Shown here in pieces: positions 45,210 through 55,471 of a stretch of 64,000 bases of DNA. The translations under genes were made by a program, and so were the position numbers. The DNA is taken from contig CAZEHA010000001.1 in the NCBI GenBank assembly GCA_964511665.1, forward strand, positions 24,823-88,822, read 5' to 3'. The stretch's first letter is position 1. Each line of letters starts with the position of its first letter. The notes beneath the pieces were generated by a model, which saw only the letters and a list, made by a program, of their open reading frames with translations, searched no databases and had not been told where the DNA came from. Origin of the DNA: an uncultured Bacteroidales bacterium. Lineage in GTDB: Bacteria; Bacteroidota; Bacteroidia; Bacteroidales; ML635J-15.

Positions 45210-46340
45210 ATGAATTGGATTACGCGTTATCTCGAAGAAACCGGAGATTTTTTAACAATAGGGAAAGTTAACTTATTATACGGTCCACGTCGTGTGGGAA
45301 AAACAATGCTTATACAGAAACTATTGTCAGAATTAAATGTCAAGGTCTTTGTTGGAGACGGTGATGATATTGAATTGCGAAGAATTTTGGGATCAGAGAA
45401 CAAAACATTGATATTGTCGGTTTTTGGCTTATACAACTACATTTTTATTGATGAAGCACAGCGGATTCCAAACATTGGCTGGGGTTTAAAAATACTGTCT
45501 GACAACTTGCCTCAATGCACTATTGTTGCCAGTGGATCGTCATCTTTTTCTTTATCAAGCCAGGTTGGTGCCCCATTAACCGGTAGAAGTCGTACACACA
45601 TGTTGCTCCCTATTTCGGTTATCGAGCTCAATAAGCAATTTGGAGGAATGTATATATATCAACACCTACACGAATTTTTAGTATACGGCATGTACCCCGA
45701 AGTGCTGGTTGCCAACGACTTGAACAGTAAAACACGCTATTTGAATGAATTGCGAAACTCGTATTTGCTAAAAGATATTCTCGAAATGGAGAAAATCAGA
45801 AATTCCAATAAGCTGTTTGATTTGCTTAGGCTACTCGCATTTCAGATTGGAAACGAAGTTTCGCTTAATGAACTGGGAAATTCGCTTGAACTTTCGAAAC
45901 AAACCGTTTCGCGGTATATCGATTTACTTGAAAAAGCCTTTGTGATAATTAAGCTTGGTGGATTTTCGCGAAATCTCAGGAAAGAGGTTACCAAAACCAA
46001 TCGCTACTATTTTTACGACAATGGCCTGCGAAATTCAATCATTAATAATTTCAATTTTATCGAAAACCGTAACGATATAGGCATGTTGTGGGAAAATTTC
46101 GTGGTTACAGAGCGTATAAAAAAACAGCATTACACTAATATAATAAGCAATAATTATTTTTGGCGTACTTACGACCAAAAAGAAGTAGACTGGGTTGAAG
46201 AACGAAATGGATGTTTGTGTGGATACGAAATTAAATGGGACAATCGTAAGCACAAGCTTCAGAAAACATGGCTCGAAACTTACAACAATGCAAGTCTAGA
46301 AATTATTCATAAAGACAATTTCCTGGATTTTGTGAGTTGA
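45210..46340 (+). CDS. AAA-family ATPase with a C-terminal DUF4143-like domain
   Basis: Has a Walker A-like motif (YGPRRVGKT) and Walker B (IFIDEAQ). The C-terminal region carries YF.D.GLRN and EVDWV motifs typical of AAA_14/DUF4143 proteins. The gene is AT-rich. Confidence 0.7.
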   Translation: MNWITRYLEETGDFLTIGKVNLLYGPRRVGKTMLIQKLLSELNVKVFVGDGDDIELRRILGSENKTLILSVFGLYNYIFIDEAQRIPNIGWGLKILSDNLPQCTIVASGSSSFSLSSQVGAPLTGRSRTHMLLPISVIELNKQFGGMYIYQHLHEFLVYGMYPEVLVANDLNSKTRYLNELRNSYLLKDILEMEKIRNSNKLFDLLRLLAFQIGNEVSLNELGNSLELSKQTVSRYIDLLEKAFVIIKLGGFSRNLRKEVTKTNRYYFYDNGLRNSIINNFNFIENRNDIGMLWENFVVTERIKKQHYTNIISNNYFWRTYDQKEVDWVEERNGCLCGYEIKWDNRKHKLQKTWLETYNNASLEIIHKDNFLDFVS

Positions 46341-46408
46341 TTTCCGCTTGATATAATTTCACCATACATTCTTTGGCTCAACCAACAGCAAATTGTATAT
46401 TGCAGGCC

Positions 46409-47335
46409 ATGAGAAATGTAAATCAGCTTCGAATATTATTGCCGGTACTTCTGATACTATGGTTGACACTTCCTATACCCCTTGCAGCCCAACAAGCCGA
46501 CCCCCCGCCGAACAATCAGCTTAAAATACTCAGTTGGAACATCTACATGCTTCCATTGGTTGCCGACCTTAGTCCGTCGATAGAACCCAGCAAACGAAAA
46601 GAGCGTGCCCGCCAGATTGGCGAAATCATTAATCAATCCGACTATCATATTGTAGTGTTGCAGGAAGCATTCTATCGCCCGGCGCGCAAAATAATTACAA
46701 AGCTTACGCGTGCAAATTTCCCATACCGCTATGGCCCCGTGAATTACAAGCAGGGAATTAAAACCAGCAGCGGTGTGTGGATTCTCAGCCGCATTCCCCT
46801 CGAAAAACTGGGATGTGTGCGTTTTAACGAATGCGGTGGTGCCGACTGCTATGCACGCAAAGGAGCAGGTTTGTATAAAGGCAGTTGGAACAATAAAGAC
46901 TTTCAGATACTGGGCACTCACATTCTTGCCGACGGCAAACGATGGCAGCGCGAAACACAGTTTGTGCATATCAGGCGCGAGCTGCTCGACAGATACCTTG
47001 AAGAGGGAGTGGCTCAAATTATTTGTGGCGACATGAACACCCGCATGAGCTACGATGATGCCTATAGGTTTATGCTCGAAACACTGGGTGCCGAAGACCA
47101 TAAAGTAAATACCGAACAGCCTTCGACCATACCCTGCGAACCGATACAAAGCCACAGAAAGAGTGAAGAAAACTTAATTTGCATCGACTATATTTTTCAT
47201 CGCAACAACAATTCGGGAATTCGCATAATAGAAAAAAATATAGTGAGTTTTATTGCCAATCCGCAAATTGCAGTCAAAAAATTTCACGGAACCTTATCGG
47301 ACCATTTAGCTGTTGAAATTACAATTGAATTGTAA
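46409..47335 (+). CDS. Secreted endonuclease/exonuclease/phosphatase-fold enzyme, sphingomyelinase C-like
   Basis: Has a signal peptide. LKILSWNIYMLP......VVLQEAF parallels the Bacillus SMase N-terminus (..NVYML......VILNEVF). The C-terminal SDHLAV is an EEP catalytic His motif. The start is set at the ATG at 46409. Confidence 0.65.
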   Translation: MRNVNQLRILLPVLLILWLTLPIPLAAQQADPPPNNQLKILSWNIYMLPLVADLSPSIEPSKRKERARQIGEIINQSDYHIVVLQEAFYRPARKIITKLTRANFPYRYGPVNYKQGIKTSSGVWILSRIPLEKLGCVRFNECGGADCYARKGAGLYKGSWNNKDFQILGTHILADGKRWQRETQFVHIRRELLDRYLEEGVAQIICGDMNTRMSYDDAYRFMLETLGAEDHKVNTEQPSTIPCEPIQSHRKSEENLICIDYIFHRNNNSGIRIIEKNIVSFIANPQIAVKKFHGTLSDHLAVEITIEL

Positions 47336-47340
47336 TCTGA

Positions 47341-48147
47341 TTACCCGATTGTTGACGTAACTATTCCCATTTTATGGTATATGCCGGCAATAGCACTCCT
47401 GTAATAATCGGGTGTTTGCTGTGCTGGCAGTTCTTGTAAATGCGTTGCAAGCTCGCTTATAAATGTGTCGTTCGAAAAACCGTTGCAGAACGAAAGAAGA
47501 GCTTGCAGCAGTTCGAAATGTTTGTTAACGACATCATCGTATATTTCTATTTGCGTAGTATTTGATGCAACAATACGCAAGGTTTCAAGCCATAAACCTG
47601 CCGACATAATACATGCAATTCCATACATTTCCGATTCCGACAAATACTCGGCAGTGCCAATCATCAGCGAATCGACCAGCCCAAACAGCATATCGTTGTT
47701 AAGCAGGGCTTCTTCGCCGGCAACAATACCGGCATTAAACATATCGGTGGGAATAGCAAGCCGTTCGCCGGCAAGCCTCAAGGCTTCGAGGTAATGCATG
47801 CAAACTTGTACTCGTTCAAAATATCGGGCATAGCCAAGATCGGCCATATAAACACCGCTTAAAAACGCCGCCGACTTCACCGACATATCGCGGCTGTTTT
47901 CGCCCAAGGGCCATAGGGCATCGCTTTCAAAGCCCGATGTGTGTTGCAAAGGAGCCGTGAATGTGTTGTAATCGGGAAGAGTGGCCAACAACGAATCGAT
48001 TTCGGGAATGCTGTCAGCAATCTCGGTGTGCTTAAATGCCTCCTGTACATCACGGTAATTGCGCGATTGCTTACACGACACAATGCTAACAACCAATACA
48101 ATTAAAAGAAATTCTGGTTTAAAATATCTCATACCGGTGCTTCGCAT
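47341..48147 (-). CDS. Hypothetical helical lipoprotein
   Basis: Has a lipobox (..VVSIVSC). An alternative ATG lies at 48132. It sits downstream of the ceramidase gene on the same strand. Confidence 0.5.
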   Translation of the reverse strand: MRSTGMRYFKPEFLLIVLVVSIVSCKQSRNYRDVQEAFKHTEIADSIPEIDSLLATLPDYNTFTAPLQHTSGFESDALWPLGENSRDMSVKSAAFLSGVYMADLGYARYFERVQVCMHYLEALRLAGERLAIPTDMFNAGIVAGEEALLNNDMLFGLVDSLMIGTAEYLSESEMYGIACIMSAGLWLETLRIVASNTTQIEIYDDVVNKHFELLQALLSFCNGFSNDTFISELATHLQELPAQQTPDYYRSAIAGIYHKMGIVTSTIG

Positions 48148-48224
48148 ACATCAACAATAAAATATGGGTGAAGATAGCAAATTTTGATTTGTAACAATCT
48201 ATCTACCAATAACAACAATATTTT

Positions 48225-50081
48225 TTATTGTAGATTCGGATAGGTTTTATATTGAGCCGGAGCATAAGCGCGCCGTTGAAGTACATAGTCGGGAAATACG
48301 GGAGGGAGCAATTCCCTGTTGAATCGATTACTTGTTGAATCAGCAGCAAAATCCTCGGCAAGTTGACAATACTTCAGAATATACGCATCGAGTGTGTACT
48401 TGCCATATAGGGTATGGCCCCCTTCGTAGCACTGCGCAGTATATTCTTCTGGGGTGGTTACGTATCCACTGTAATCGTTGGCATAGCTGCTTATGATGAT
48501 TTCGCTGATTCCTTTTGCAGCCAATATTCTTTGCAAACTATTCGAAAGACGCTTTGCCGCAGTAGTGGTAATTTCGGCAGGAAAGGCAATTATGCCGAGG
48601 CAGCCAATTTGTATTATCTGTAGTGGAACAATTTGGGGCGACCATGTTAGGGTATCGAGGCTGCGCTTGCGATATTGCTTTTTAAACTCATCGATAGTGG
48701 GGTCGATAAAGCCGGGTAGTATTACCTTATCAACACGTCGTGCTCCTATGAGACGCCGATATCCCCCGCCTATGATGCGCTTTTTGGGATAATGCATCCG
48801 GTGCATGGTTTTTATCAACCTACGTGTTTCCTTCGTGCGAAAAACCTGCATCATCCGGTGATACCCCATGGCTGCATCTGCCATACGATTACCCATAAAA
48901 ACAACTACCGGTGAAATACCTCCCCCTTCGTTTTTGGTCCCGGCCAAAAACGACATCCCCAGCGATGGCGGCGCGGTTCTTATGTTTTTCGCCGTATCGA
49001 TAATAACATTGCCCATATCAACATATACAAGGCAATAGTCAATCTGAGCCTGCAATACTCTATTGCCCCCACCTTGATGTAAAATTTCGAATCCTGCTTC
49101 ATACAACATTCTTCCATTGTTTTCGGAAAACGCAATGCTTTCGGCAAAGTTTGCCTTAGGTCTTCGCTTTTCTCCATCTGTAAGCCAATACGGAGAAACA
49201 TCGCCTGCCGACGATTGCAGAAAACTGCATACCGCATTATGTGTTTTACCTGCAAGATGTATTTCGGCCATCTCGGCAGCATACCCCATGTTTTCGTACG
49301 AAAGGGCTGTGTTATATTGCCCAAAACATGTGGGATGCACTCCAAACCAACTACACAATGCCACAATATCGCCATGCGATTGCATGCACAGGAGCTGTAT
49401 TTTTCGGTCAACCGCCTTGTAGGCTTCAGCTTGCGAAACGGGAACTATATCAATGTTTTTATTATACGCTTTCAGGCTGCGGTTAAAAGCCAGTGGAATA
49501 CTGTCGTTCACCATACCAGAAAGGTATTCGAGTTGACCTTCGCATAAGTTTTGCCTGGCTAAGAGCATACTTCGGCACACTGCTTCGGTAATGCTGTCGA
49601 GGGTAGCTTCGCGATAGCCGGGTACCGGCAAATTATACACCGGATAATGGTCGTAACCGGCAGGGCCGGCGTGTGTGTGAGTAGCCAGCAATACAAATTG
49701 TTCGCTTTTCAAATTATATTGGGGAGCCAGTTCATTAAAGCGCTCCAACACCTGCCTTCGCAATGAATAAGTGATAAAACACAAATCGCAGCTAACCAGA
49801 TACAGCGATTTCGTGTGATTGATATCGGCAATATAATATGCTCTAACGTAAAGAGGAGTGCTTTGGCTCAGCATTTTCTGCTTTGCATCGCCATAGCCCA
49901 GCATCCCCAGACCTTCTACAAATACATTCATCTCAACTTTTGCCGTACCCAGTTGAAATAACGTGGATGTGTCGGTAATCGGGATTGTATTTTCTGTTTT
50001 TGCATTTGAACCTGAGTAAATTACCGCCAAAATAGCCAATAAAAACCGATAGATTTTTACGCTTGTACCTCTTCGATGCAT
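48225..50081 (-). CDS. Neutral/alkaline non-lysosomal ceramidase
   Basis: GMLGYGDAKQK....STPLYVRAYYI and ATHTHAGPAGY match the neutral ceramidase N-terminal domain signatures (GY...Q...G...L.aRAf, HTHsGP). The start is set at the ATG at 50081, 7 nt after the GH92 stop. Confidence 0.8.
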   Translation of the reverse strand: MHRRGTSVKIYRFLLAILAVIYSGSNAKTENTIPITDTSTLFQLGTAKVEMNVFVEGLGMLGYGDAKQKMLSQSTPLYVRAYYIADINHTKSLYLVSCDLCFITYSLRRQVLERFNELAPQYNLKSEQFVLLATHTHAGPAGYDHYPVYNLPVPGYREATLDSITEAVCRSMLLARQNLCEGQLEYLSGMVNDSIPLAFNRSLKAYNKNIDIVPVSQAEAYKAVDRKIQLLCMQSHGDIVALCSWFGVHPTCFGQYNTALSYENMGYAAEMAEIHLAGKTHNAVCSFLQSSAGDVSPYWLTDGEKRRPKANFAESIAFSENNGRMLYEAGFEILHQGGGNRVLQAQIDYCLVYVDMGNVIIDTAKNIRTAPPSLGMSFLAGTKNEGGGISPVVVFMGNRMADAAMGYHRMMQVFRTKETRRLIKTMHRMHYPKKRIIGGGYRRLIGARRVDKVILPGFIDPTIDEFKKQYRKRSLDTLTWSPQIVPLQIIQIGCLGIIAFPAEITTTAAKRLSNSLQRILAAKGISEIIISSYANDYSGYVTTPEEYTAQCYEGGHTLYGKYTLDAYILKYCQLAEDFAADSTSNRFNRELLPPVFPDYVLQRRAYAPAQYKTYPNLQ

Positions 50082-50088
50082 CGGAATT

Positions 50089-53000
50089 TTACTTTTTAAT
50101 TTGAATATCGATTTCATCAGCAAACAACCACGACTCATATCCTGCACCGAGATGCCATGCAGGTAGTTTTCCGTAGTATCGGGCAAACATTTTTACATAC
50201 CGTGTTTTGTAGTTTCCGGGTTCATACCTGAATTGATGTACCACAGCATCAGGCTCATTGTCGGCAATGTTGTGGGTGAGATGTTGCATTTTTACAAAAT
50301 GTACCCCATCAACCGAAAAATAATATTCAACAAACAGAGGCATCATAATCCATGAGCGCATATCCTGAATAAAGCCCGTTTCAACCGATGCCACAGGCAA
50401 TATCTGCCCCAAATCGACCACCACCTCAACGTCCTGAGCCCTGAAACCCTGCCAGTCGCCCGACCTGAAGTCGTTGTTTCCGCGCAAGCGATTAATCAGT
50501 GCATCATCGCCACCGGCTGTGTACAAACTGCTGTATTGCGATTTAAGATTGATGCTTCTGCTTTCATCTATTTTAACATAGGCAGCCTTTATCGGTTTAG
50601 AAGGAAGCCAGGATTGCTTTTGGGCATATATCCATATTTCGCAATCGTTGCTTATGACTATGGGTACGGAATAAGGCTTATAGCCGGCTCCTTTATCTAA
50701 CGAATAGAATATTTCGCTTCCTTCAACCAGGCCTTGCAGGTTGATAAGTAAGCTGTCGCGAAATGTTCTGGCGGGTGTGCCGGTAACCGGTGCCGGAGTG
50801 ATCAGGTTTTCGGTAATTGCTGAAGCATACACATCTTTTTCGGATACGCCCACTGTTTTGCCGGGTAAGGGTCCCATAAAGAACTCGATTCTACCACCCT
50901 TTGCAATATCCGAATGCAAAAGATATGATTTTTTATATTCACTACCATTTAGCAGTATGCGCTGAATATACATGTTTTTTTCGCTGTTGTTGTGGGCTAT
51001 AATTTCGAATCGTCGGCCATTCTCAAGCTGTATGATTGCCTTATCGAACAGGGGGCTTCCAATATCATACACTCCGTTGGCCGGATTAACCGGATAAAAG
51101 CCTAATGCACTGAGCACATACCACGCCGACATTTGTCCGCAATCTTCGTTGCCGCAGTTGCCGGCCGGCCCCGAATGATACATTTCGGCCATGATATTGC
51201 GAACCATTTGCTGGGTTTTTTCGGGTTTGCGGCAGTAGTTGTACAAATAGGCGATGTGATGACTGGGTTCGTTGCCATGCGCATATTGACCGATGAGCCC
51301 GGTGATGTCTTTCAGGTCTTTTCCGTGGGTTTCGCTGCCTGTCGAAAACAGTTCGTCGAGTTTTTGTTCAAACGCCTTTTCGCCTCCCATAAACTCAATC
51401 AAACCAAGAATGTCGTGTGGTACATAGAAGCTATACTGCCACGAGTTGGCTTCGGTAAAGTTATGGTCAACCTCTTTGGGGTCGAAAGGTTCTTTCCATG
51501 CACCGTTCACACGGGGCCGCATAAAGCCGCTGCCCGGGTCGAATATGTGTTTCCAGGCCTGCGAGCGTATGGTATATTCGCGATATACATCGGTGTTGCC
51601 CAACGAAAGTGCAAACTGGGCAATACACCAGTCGTTATAGGCATATTCAAGGGTTTTCGACACCGACTCGTGTTCCGATTCCACGGGCAAAAAGCCATAT
51701 TTCATATAATCGCGTTTGCCCAGCTCGTCGGCCTCTGCCCTATGCATCATGGCTTCGAGAGCCAGATTAGCATCAAAATTGTTTATGCCTTTCAGATAGG
51801 CATCTACCATGGGGGGGACGGCATGGTAACCAATCATACAGCCTGTTTCGTTGGCCGACAATTCCCACATCGGAAGTTGTCCGCCATAGCGGTATTGCAC
51901 CAGAAATGTTTGTATAAAATCGAGACTGCGCTGTTGCTGCACAATGGTAAACAACGGATGCACAGCCCTATAGGTGTCCCACAACGAAAAAACCGTATAG
52001 TTGGTAAACGAACTATCGCGATATACGTTGAGGTCGGTGGTGCGATACCGGCCATCGACATCGTGAGCCAGACTGGGATGAATAAAACTGTGATACAGTG
52101 CTGTGTAGAAAACCTTTCGCTGTTCTTCGCTTCCTCCCGAAACCAGAATTCGGCTGAGTTCGACATTCCAGGCTTCCGTTGCTTTATTTTTTATCGTCTC
52201 GAAATCCCATCCGGCGTTTTCGGTTTCCATATTTTTGATAGCCCCTTCAACGCTTACCGGCGATAAAGCAACTTTAACCAGTACTTCGTCAACATCTCTT
52301 TTTTGTACTTTTAAGGCCATCACCAAATTATCGCCACTATATTTTTTCAAGCTATAATCACTCTGTTCGGGCTTACTCCAATCGGCTACTACCGTAACTT
52401 CGGTATTAAAATCGATAGCAAAAAACACATATTGTTCTTCGGCCCATGCTTTACTTTTTCTCATACCAACAAGCCGTGTTGCGCTTACTTGTTGCACCCA
52501 TGCATCAAGAACCAAATCGCGATGTTTCAGGTCGAGAATAACATATCGCTGACCACTTTTATTGAATGTATATTTATGCATTCCTGTTCTCTCGGTTACA
52601 GTAAGGCTAACATGAACATCGGGCTCGTTAAGGTGCACCGAATAAAAACCCGGAGAAGCCGTTTCGGTATTATGGCTAAATGACGAAGAATACGGAAACA
52701 GAAAACCCGGAGCATCCTCATATAGTACATCGGTTTGGTTTAGAAGCGAATATTTGTTACTCATAGGCATAAGTAAAATATCGCCATAGTCGCTGCACCC
52801 TGTGCCACTAAGATGTGTGTGCGAAAACCCATAAATAACAGAATCGGTGTAATGATATCCGCTACAGCCATCCCAGCCGTCGAGGCGGGTATCGGGGCTA
52901 AGCTGCACCATTCCAAACGGATATACAGCACCCGGAAAGGTGTGCCCATGCGCATCGGTGCCTACCATAGGGTTTACCCATGCCGACAAATCATGTACTT

Positions 53001-53091
53001 CGAACTGATGCTTTTTTGATTGAAACAGGGGGTAAAGCAACAGCAACAGCATAGCAACAACCAAAACCGAGAAAACAATATATCGATTCAT
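50089..53091 (-). CDS. GH92 family alpha-mannosidase with a C-terminal F5/8 type C (discoidin)-like domain
   Basis: The NPMVGTDAHGHTFPGAVYPFGMVQLSPDT signature and GNEP.HH are present. The C-terminal YTAGGDDALINRLRG..DFRSGDWQGF segment looks like a discoidin-type CBM. The start is set at MNRYIVFSVL (53091), because the ORF-track extension overlaps rlmN. Confidence 0.85.
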   Translation of the reverse strand: MNRYIVFSVLVVAMLLLLLYPLFQSKKHQFEVHDLSAWVNPMVGTDAHGHTFPGAVYPFGMVQLSPDTRLDGWDGCSGYHYTDSVIYGFSHTHLSGTGCSDYGDILLMPMSNKYSLLNQTDVLYEDAPGFLFPYSSSFSHNTETASPGFYSVHLNEPDVHVSLTVTERTGMHKYTFNKSGQRYVILDLKHRDLVLDAWVQQVSATRLVGMRKSKAWAEEQYVFFAIDFNTEVTVVADWSKPEQSDYSLKKYSGDNLVMALKVQKRDVDEVLVKVALSPVSVEGAIKNMETENAGWDFETIKNKATEAWNVELSRILVSGGSEEQRKVFYTALYHSFIHPSLAHDVDGRYRTTDLNVYRDSSFTNYTVFSLWDTYRAVHPLFTIVQQQRSLDFIQTFLVQYRYGGQLPMWELSANETGCMIGYHAVPPMVDAYLKGINNFDANLALEAMMHRAEADELGKRDYMKYGFLPVESEHESVSKTLEYAYNDWCIAQFALSLGNTDVYREYTIRSQAWKHIFDPGSGFMRPRVNGAWKEPFDPKEVDHNFTEANSWQYSFYVPHDILGLIEFMGGEKAFEQKLDELFSTGSETHGKDLKDITGLIGQYAHGNEPSHHIAYLYNYCRKPEKTQQMVRNIMAEMYHSGPAGNCGNEDCGQMSAWYVLSALGFYPVNPANGVYDIGSPLFDKAIIQLENGRRFEIIAHNNSEKNMYIQRILLNGSEYKKSYLLHSDIAKGGRIEFFMGPLPGKTVGVSEKDVYASAITENLITPAPVTGTPARTFRDSLLINLQGLVEGSEIFYSLDKGAGYKPYSVPIVISNDCEIWIYAQKQSWLPSKPIKAAYVKIDESRSINLKSQYSSLYTAGGDDALINRLRGNNDFRSGDWQGFRAQDVEVVVDLGQILPVASVETGFIQDMRSWIMMPLFVEYYFSVDGVHFVKMQHLTHNIADNEPDAVVHQFRYEPGNYKTRYVKMFARYYGKLPAWHLGAGYESWLFADEIDIQIKK

Positions 53092-53161
53092 AGCAATAAA
53101 TATTTTACGATAAAGATATGAAATTATGGAAATAACTCCATGAAATCGAAGTCGACCTATC

Positions 53162-54232
53162 TCAACCGGGTTTTCTTGTAAACTGCAGCATTTTCGGAAC
53201 TTTTCCGGCCAACTGCCCACACGCTGCATCAATATCGCCGCCCTTCGACCTACGTATATTTACTATCAGGTTTTTGCTTTCGAGAAAAGCCACAAAGGCA
53301 TCGCGATGCGCAGGGTTTGAGGCCTGAAAACGTCCGCTTCCGGTACTGTTGTATTCGATAATATTAATTTTGCACGGCGATATTTTACAGAACTCGGCCA
53401 GTTCGCGGGCGTGCTCTTCGGTGTCGTTCAGGCCACCAAACAAAATATATTCGTAGGTAATGCGCATACCGGTTTTTTGGTGGTAATACCTAATGGCATC
53501 GCGCAATTGCTTCATTTTGTGTTTTTTTGCTGCCGGTATCATGCCTATTCTCAAATTTTCGTTGGCTGCATGCAACGAAAGAGAAAGATTTATTTTAGTG
53601 TTTGAATCGGCAAAAGCCCGAATTCCTTCGGTAATGCCAACCGTTGAAATAGTAATGCGCGATGGCGAAAAATTGATACCTTCAGGGTCTGTAATTTTGC
53701 TCAAGGCAAGCATCACATTGGTGAAGTTCAAAAAGGGTTCGCCCATGCCCATTACTACCACATTCGACAAGGAGCGCTGATAATAGTTTTCACTGCGGCG
53801 ATTCAGAATAATAAACTGGTCGAAAATTTCGCCTACACTCAAATTACGGATAAAACCCATAGCCCCTGTAGCACAAAACCCGCAGTTCATGGCGCATCCC
53901 ACCTGTGTAGATATGCAGGCAGTAACCCTATCGGCCGAAGGAATGAGAACTCCTTCGATTAGATGGCGGTCAACAAGGCGAAAGGCTGTTTTTACTGTAG
54001 CATCGCGACTTTGCAGCTCGAGTTCTGATACTATGGTATTAAAACTGAAATCTTGCTTCAGGCTTTCGCGCAGTGTTTTCGACAACGAAGTCATGTCGTC
54101 GAAACTGTGTACTCCTTTCACCCAAAGCCATTGGTTTATCTGGCCCAAGCGGAAAGCCTTTTCTCCTCTGTCGGCAAGCCATTGCAGCAGTATTTCGGTT
54201 GATGTTTCTCTGATATCGGGTTTATCAGCCAT
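53162..54232 (-). CDS. rlmN: 23S rRNA (adenine2503-C2)/tRNA methyltransferase RlmN (radical SAM)
   Basis: Contains GCAMNCGFCATG (CX3CX2C), MGMGEPF and the downstream Cys ..DIDAACGQL. Confidence 0.9.
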   Translation of the reverse strand: MADKPDIRETSTEILLQWLADRGEKAFRLGQINQWLWVKGVHSFDDMTSLSKTLRESLKQDFSFNTIVSELELQSRDATVKTAFRLVDRHLIEGVLIPSADRVTACISTQVGCAMNCGFCATGAMGFIRNLSVGEIFDQFIILNRRSENYYQRSLSNVVVMGMGEPFLNFTNVMLALSKITDPEGINFSPSRITISTVGITEGIRAFADSNTKINLSLSLHAANENLRIGMIPAAKKHKMKQLRDAIRYYHQKTGMRITYEYILFGGLNDTEEHARELAEFCKISPCKINIIEYNSTGSGRFQASNPAHRDAFVAFLESKNLIVNIRRSKGGDIDAACGQLAGKVPKMLQFTRKPG

Positions 54233-54244
54233 TGTAGATGTTGC

Positions 54245-55471
54245 TTATCCGGCATTGCGTAAAGTAGTGGCCAGGTCGATGTTGAGCTTCTCGCGTGCAA
54301 ACTTAAGGTCGATCACAAATTTTTTCTTTTTCTTTCCGGGCATTTCAAACATGGCATCGAGCATGATGTTTTCGCATATAGAACGCAAGCCACGCGCGCC
54401 CAGTTTAAATTCTATGGCTTTGTCGACCACAAAATCGAGGGCCTCATCGCTAAACTCGAGTTCGATGCCATCCATTTCGAACAGCTTAATATATTGCTTG
54501 GTAATGGCATTTTTGGGTTCTGTAAGAATGCTGCGTAAAGCCTCCCGATTGAGCGGTTCCAGATACGCCACCACCGGTAACCTTCCCACAATTTCGGGAA
54601 TTAATCCGAATGCTCTCAGGTCTTGTGGAGCTATGTATTTGAGAAGATTATCACGATCGATGGCTTCGGTTTTTTCGCGGGTTCCATAGCCAACCACTTT
54701 GGTGTTCAGCCTGCGACCAATAATTTTTTCGATACCCTCGAAAGCTCCTCCACAAATAAACAATATATTTTTGGTATCGACCGGTATCATTTTTTGCTCG
54801 GGATGCTTGCGGCCACCCTGTGGCGGAACATTCACAATGCTACCCTCGAGTAATTTCAGCAAGCCCTGCTGCACCCCTTCGCCCGACACATCGCGTGTGA
54901 TGCTGGGGTTATCGCCCTTACGGGCAATTTTGTCGATTTCGTCGATAAACACAATACCCCGTTCGGCAGCAGACACATCGTAGTCGGCAGCCTGTAGCAA
55001 ACGGGTAAGCAGGCTTTCGATATCTTCGCCCACATAGCCGGCCTCAGTAAGAACGGTAGCATCTACAATAGTGAAAGGCACCTTCAACATTTTAGAAATA
55101 CTGCGAGCCAACAGTGTTTTTCCGGTTCCGGTCTCACCGGTTAAAATGATATTCGACTTTTCTATTTCAACCTCATCGTTGCGCTCGCGGTGCATCAATC
55201 GCTTATAATGGTTATACACGGCTACCGAAAGCACCTTTTTGGCGTGATCCTGACCAATAACATAATCGTCGAGAAAAGCTTTTATTTCGATGGGCTTTTT
55301 CAACTCGATATTTCCAAATTTTGAATTCGCATTGCTGCGTAATTCTTCGCCAATAATCTGGTGTGCACGTTCAACACAGTCGTTGCAAATGTGCGCATCG
55401 ATACCACTTAGCAATAACTCGAGTTCGTCTTCTTTTCTACCGCAAAACGAACATTTATTTGTGTTTTTCAT
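54245..55471 (-). CDS. clpX: ATP-dependent Clp protease ATP-binding subunit ClpX
   Basis: Has a zinc ribbon (CSFCGR...CNDC), Walker A (GETGTGKT), Walker B (IVFIDEIDK) and the GYVG pore loop. Confidence 0.95.
   Translation of the reverse strand: MKNTNKCSFCGRKEDELELLLSGIDAHICNDCVERAHQIIGEELRSNANSKFGNIELKKPIEIKAFLDDYVIGQDHAKKVLSVAVYNHYKRLMHRERNDEVEIEKSNIILTGETGTGKTLLARSISKMLKVPFTIVDATVLTEAGYVGEDIESLLTRLLQAADYDVSAAERGIVFIDEIDKIARKGDNPSITRDVSGEGVQQGLLKLLEGSIVNVPPQGGRKHPEQKMIPVDTKNILFICGGAFEGIEKIIGRRLNTKVVGYGTREKTEAIDRDNLLKYIAPQDLRAFGLIPEIVGRLPVVAYLEPLNREALRSILTEPKNAITKQYIKLFEMDGIELEFSDEALDFVVDKAIEFKLGARGLRSICENIMLDAMFEMPGKKKKKFVIDLKFAREKLNIDLATTLRNAG

Noticed and set aside
46457-47155. 232-aa minus-strand ORF inside the EEP/sphingomyelinase-like gene
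   Set aside because: It is antisense to a gene with EEP catalytic motifs and a signal peptide, and it has no features of its own.
51133-52266. 377-aa plus-strand ORF inside the GH92 gene
   Set aside because: It is antisense to an unambiguous GH92 sequence, with no motifs or signal of its own.
53092-53232. 47-codon N-terminal extension of the GH92 ORF overlapping the 3' end of rlmN
   Set aside because: The signal-peptide-like sequence MNRYIVFSVLVVAMLLLLL begins at the internal ATG at 53091. The extension has no function-like sequence and would overlap rlmN by 71 nt.
53889-54689. 266-aa plus-strand ORF spanning the rlmN-clpX boundary
   Set aside because: It is antisense to two highly conserved genes, and its product is Ser-rich and low-complexity.
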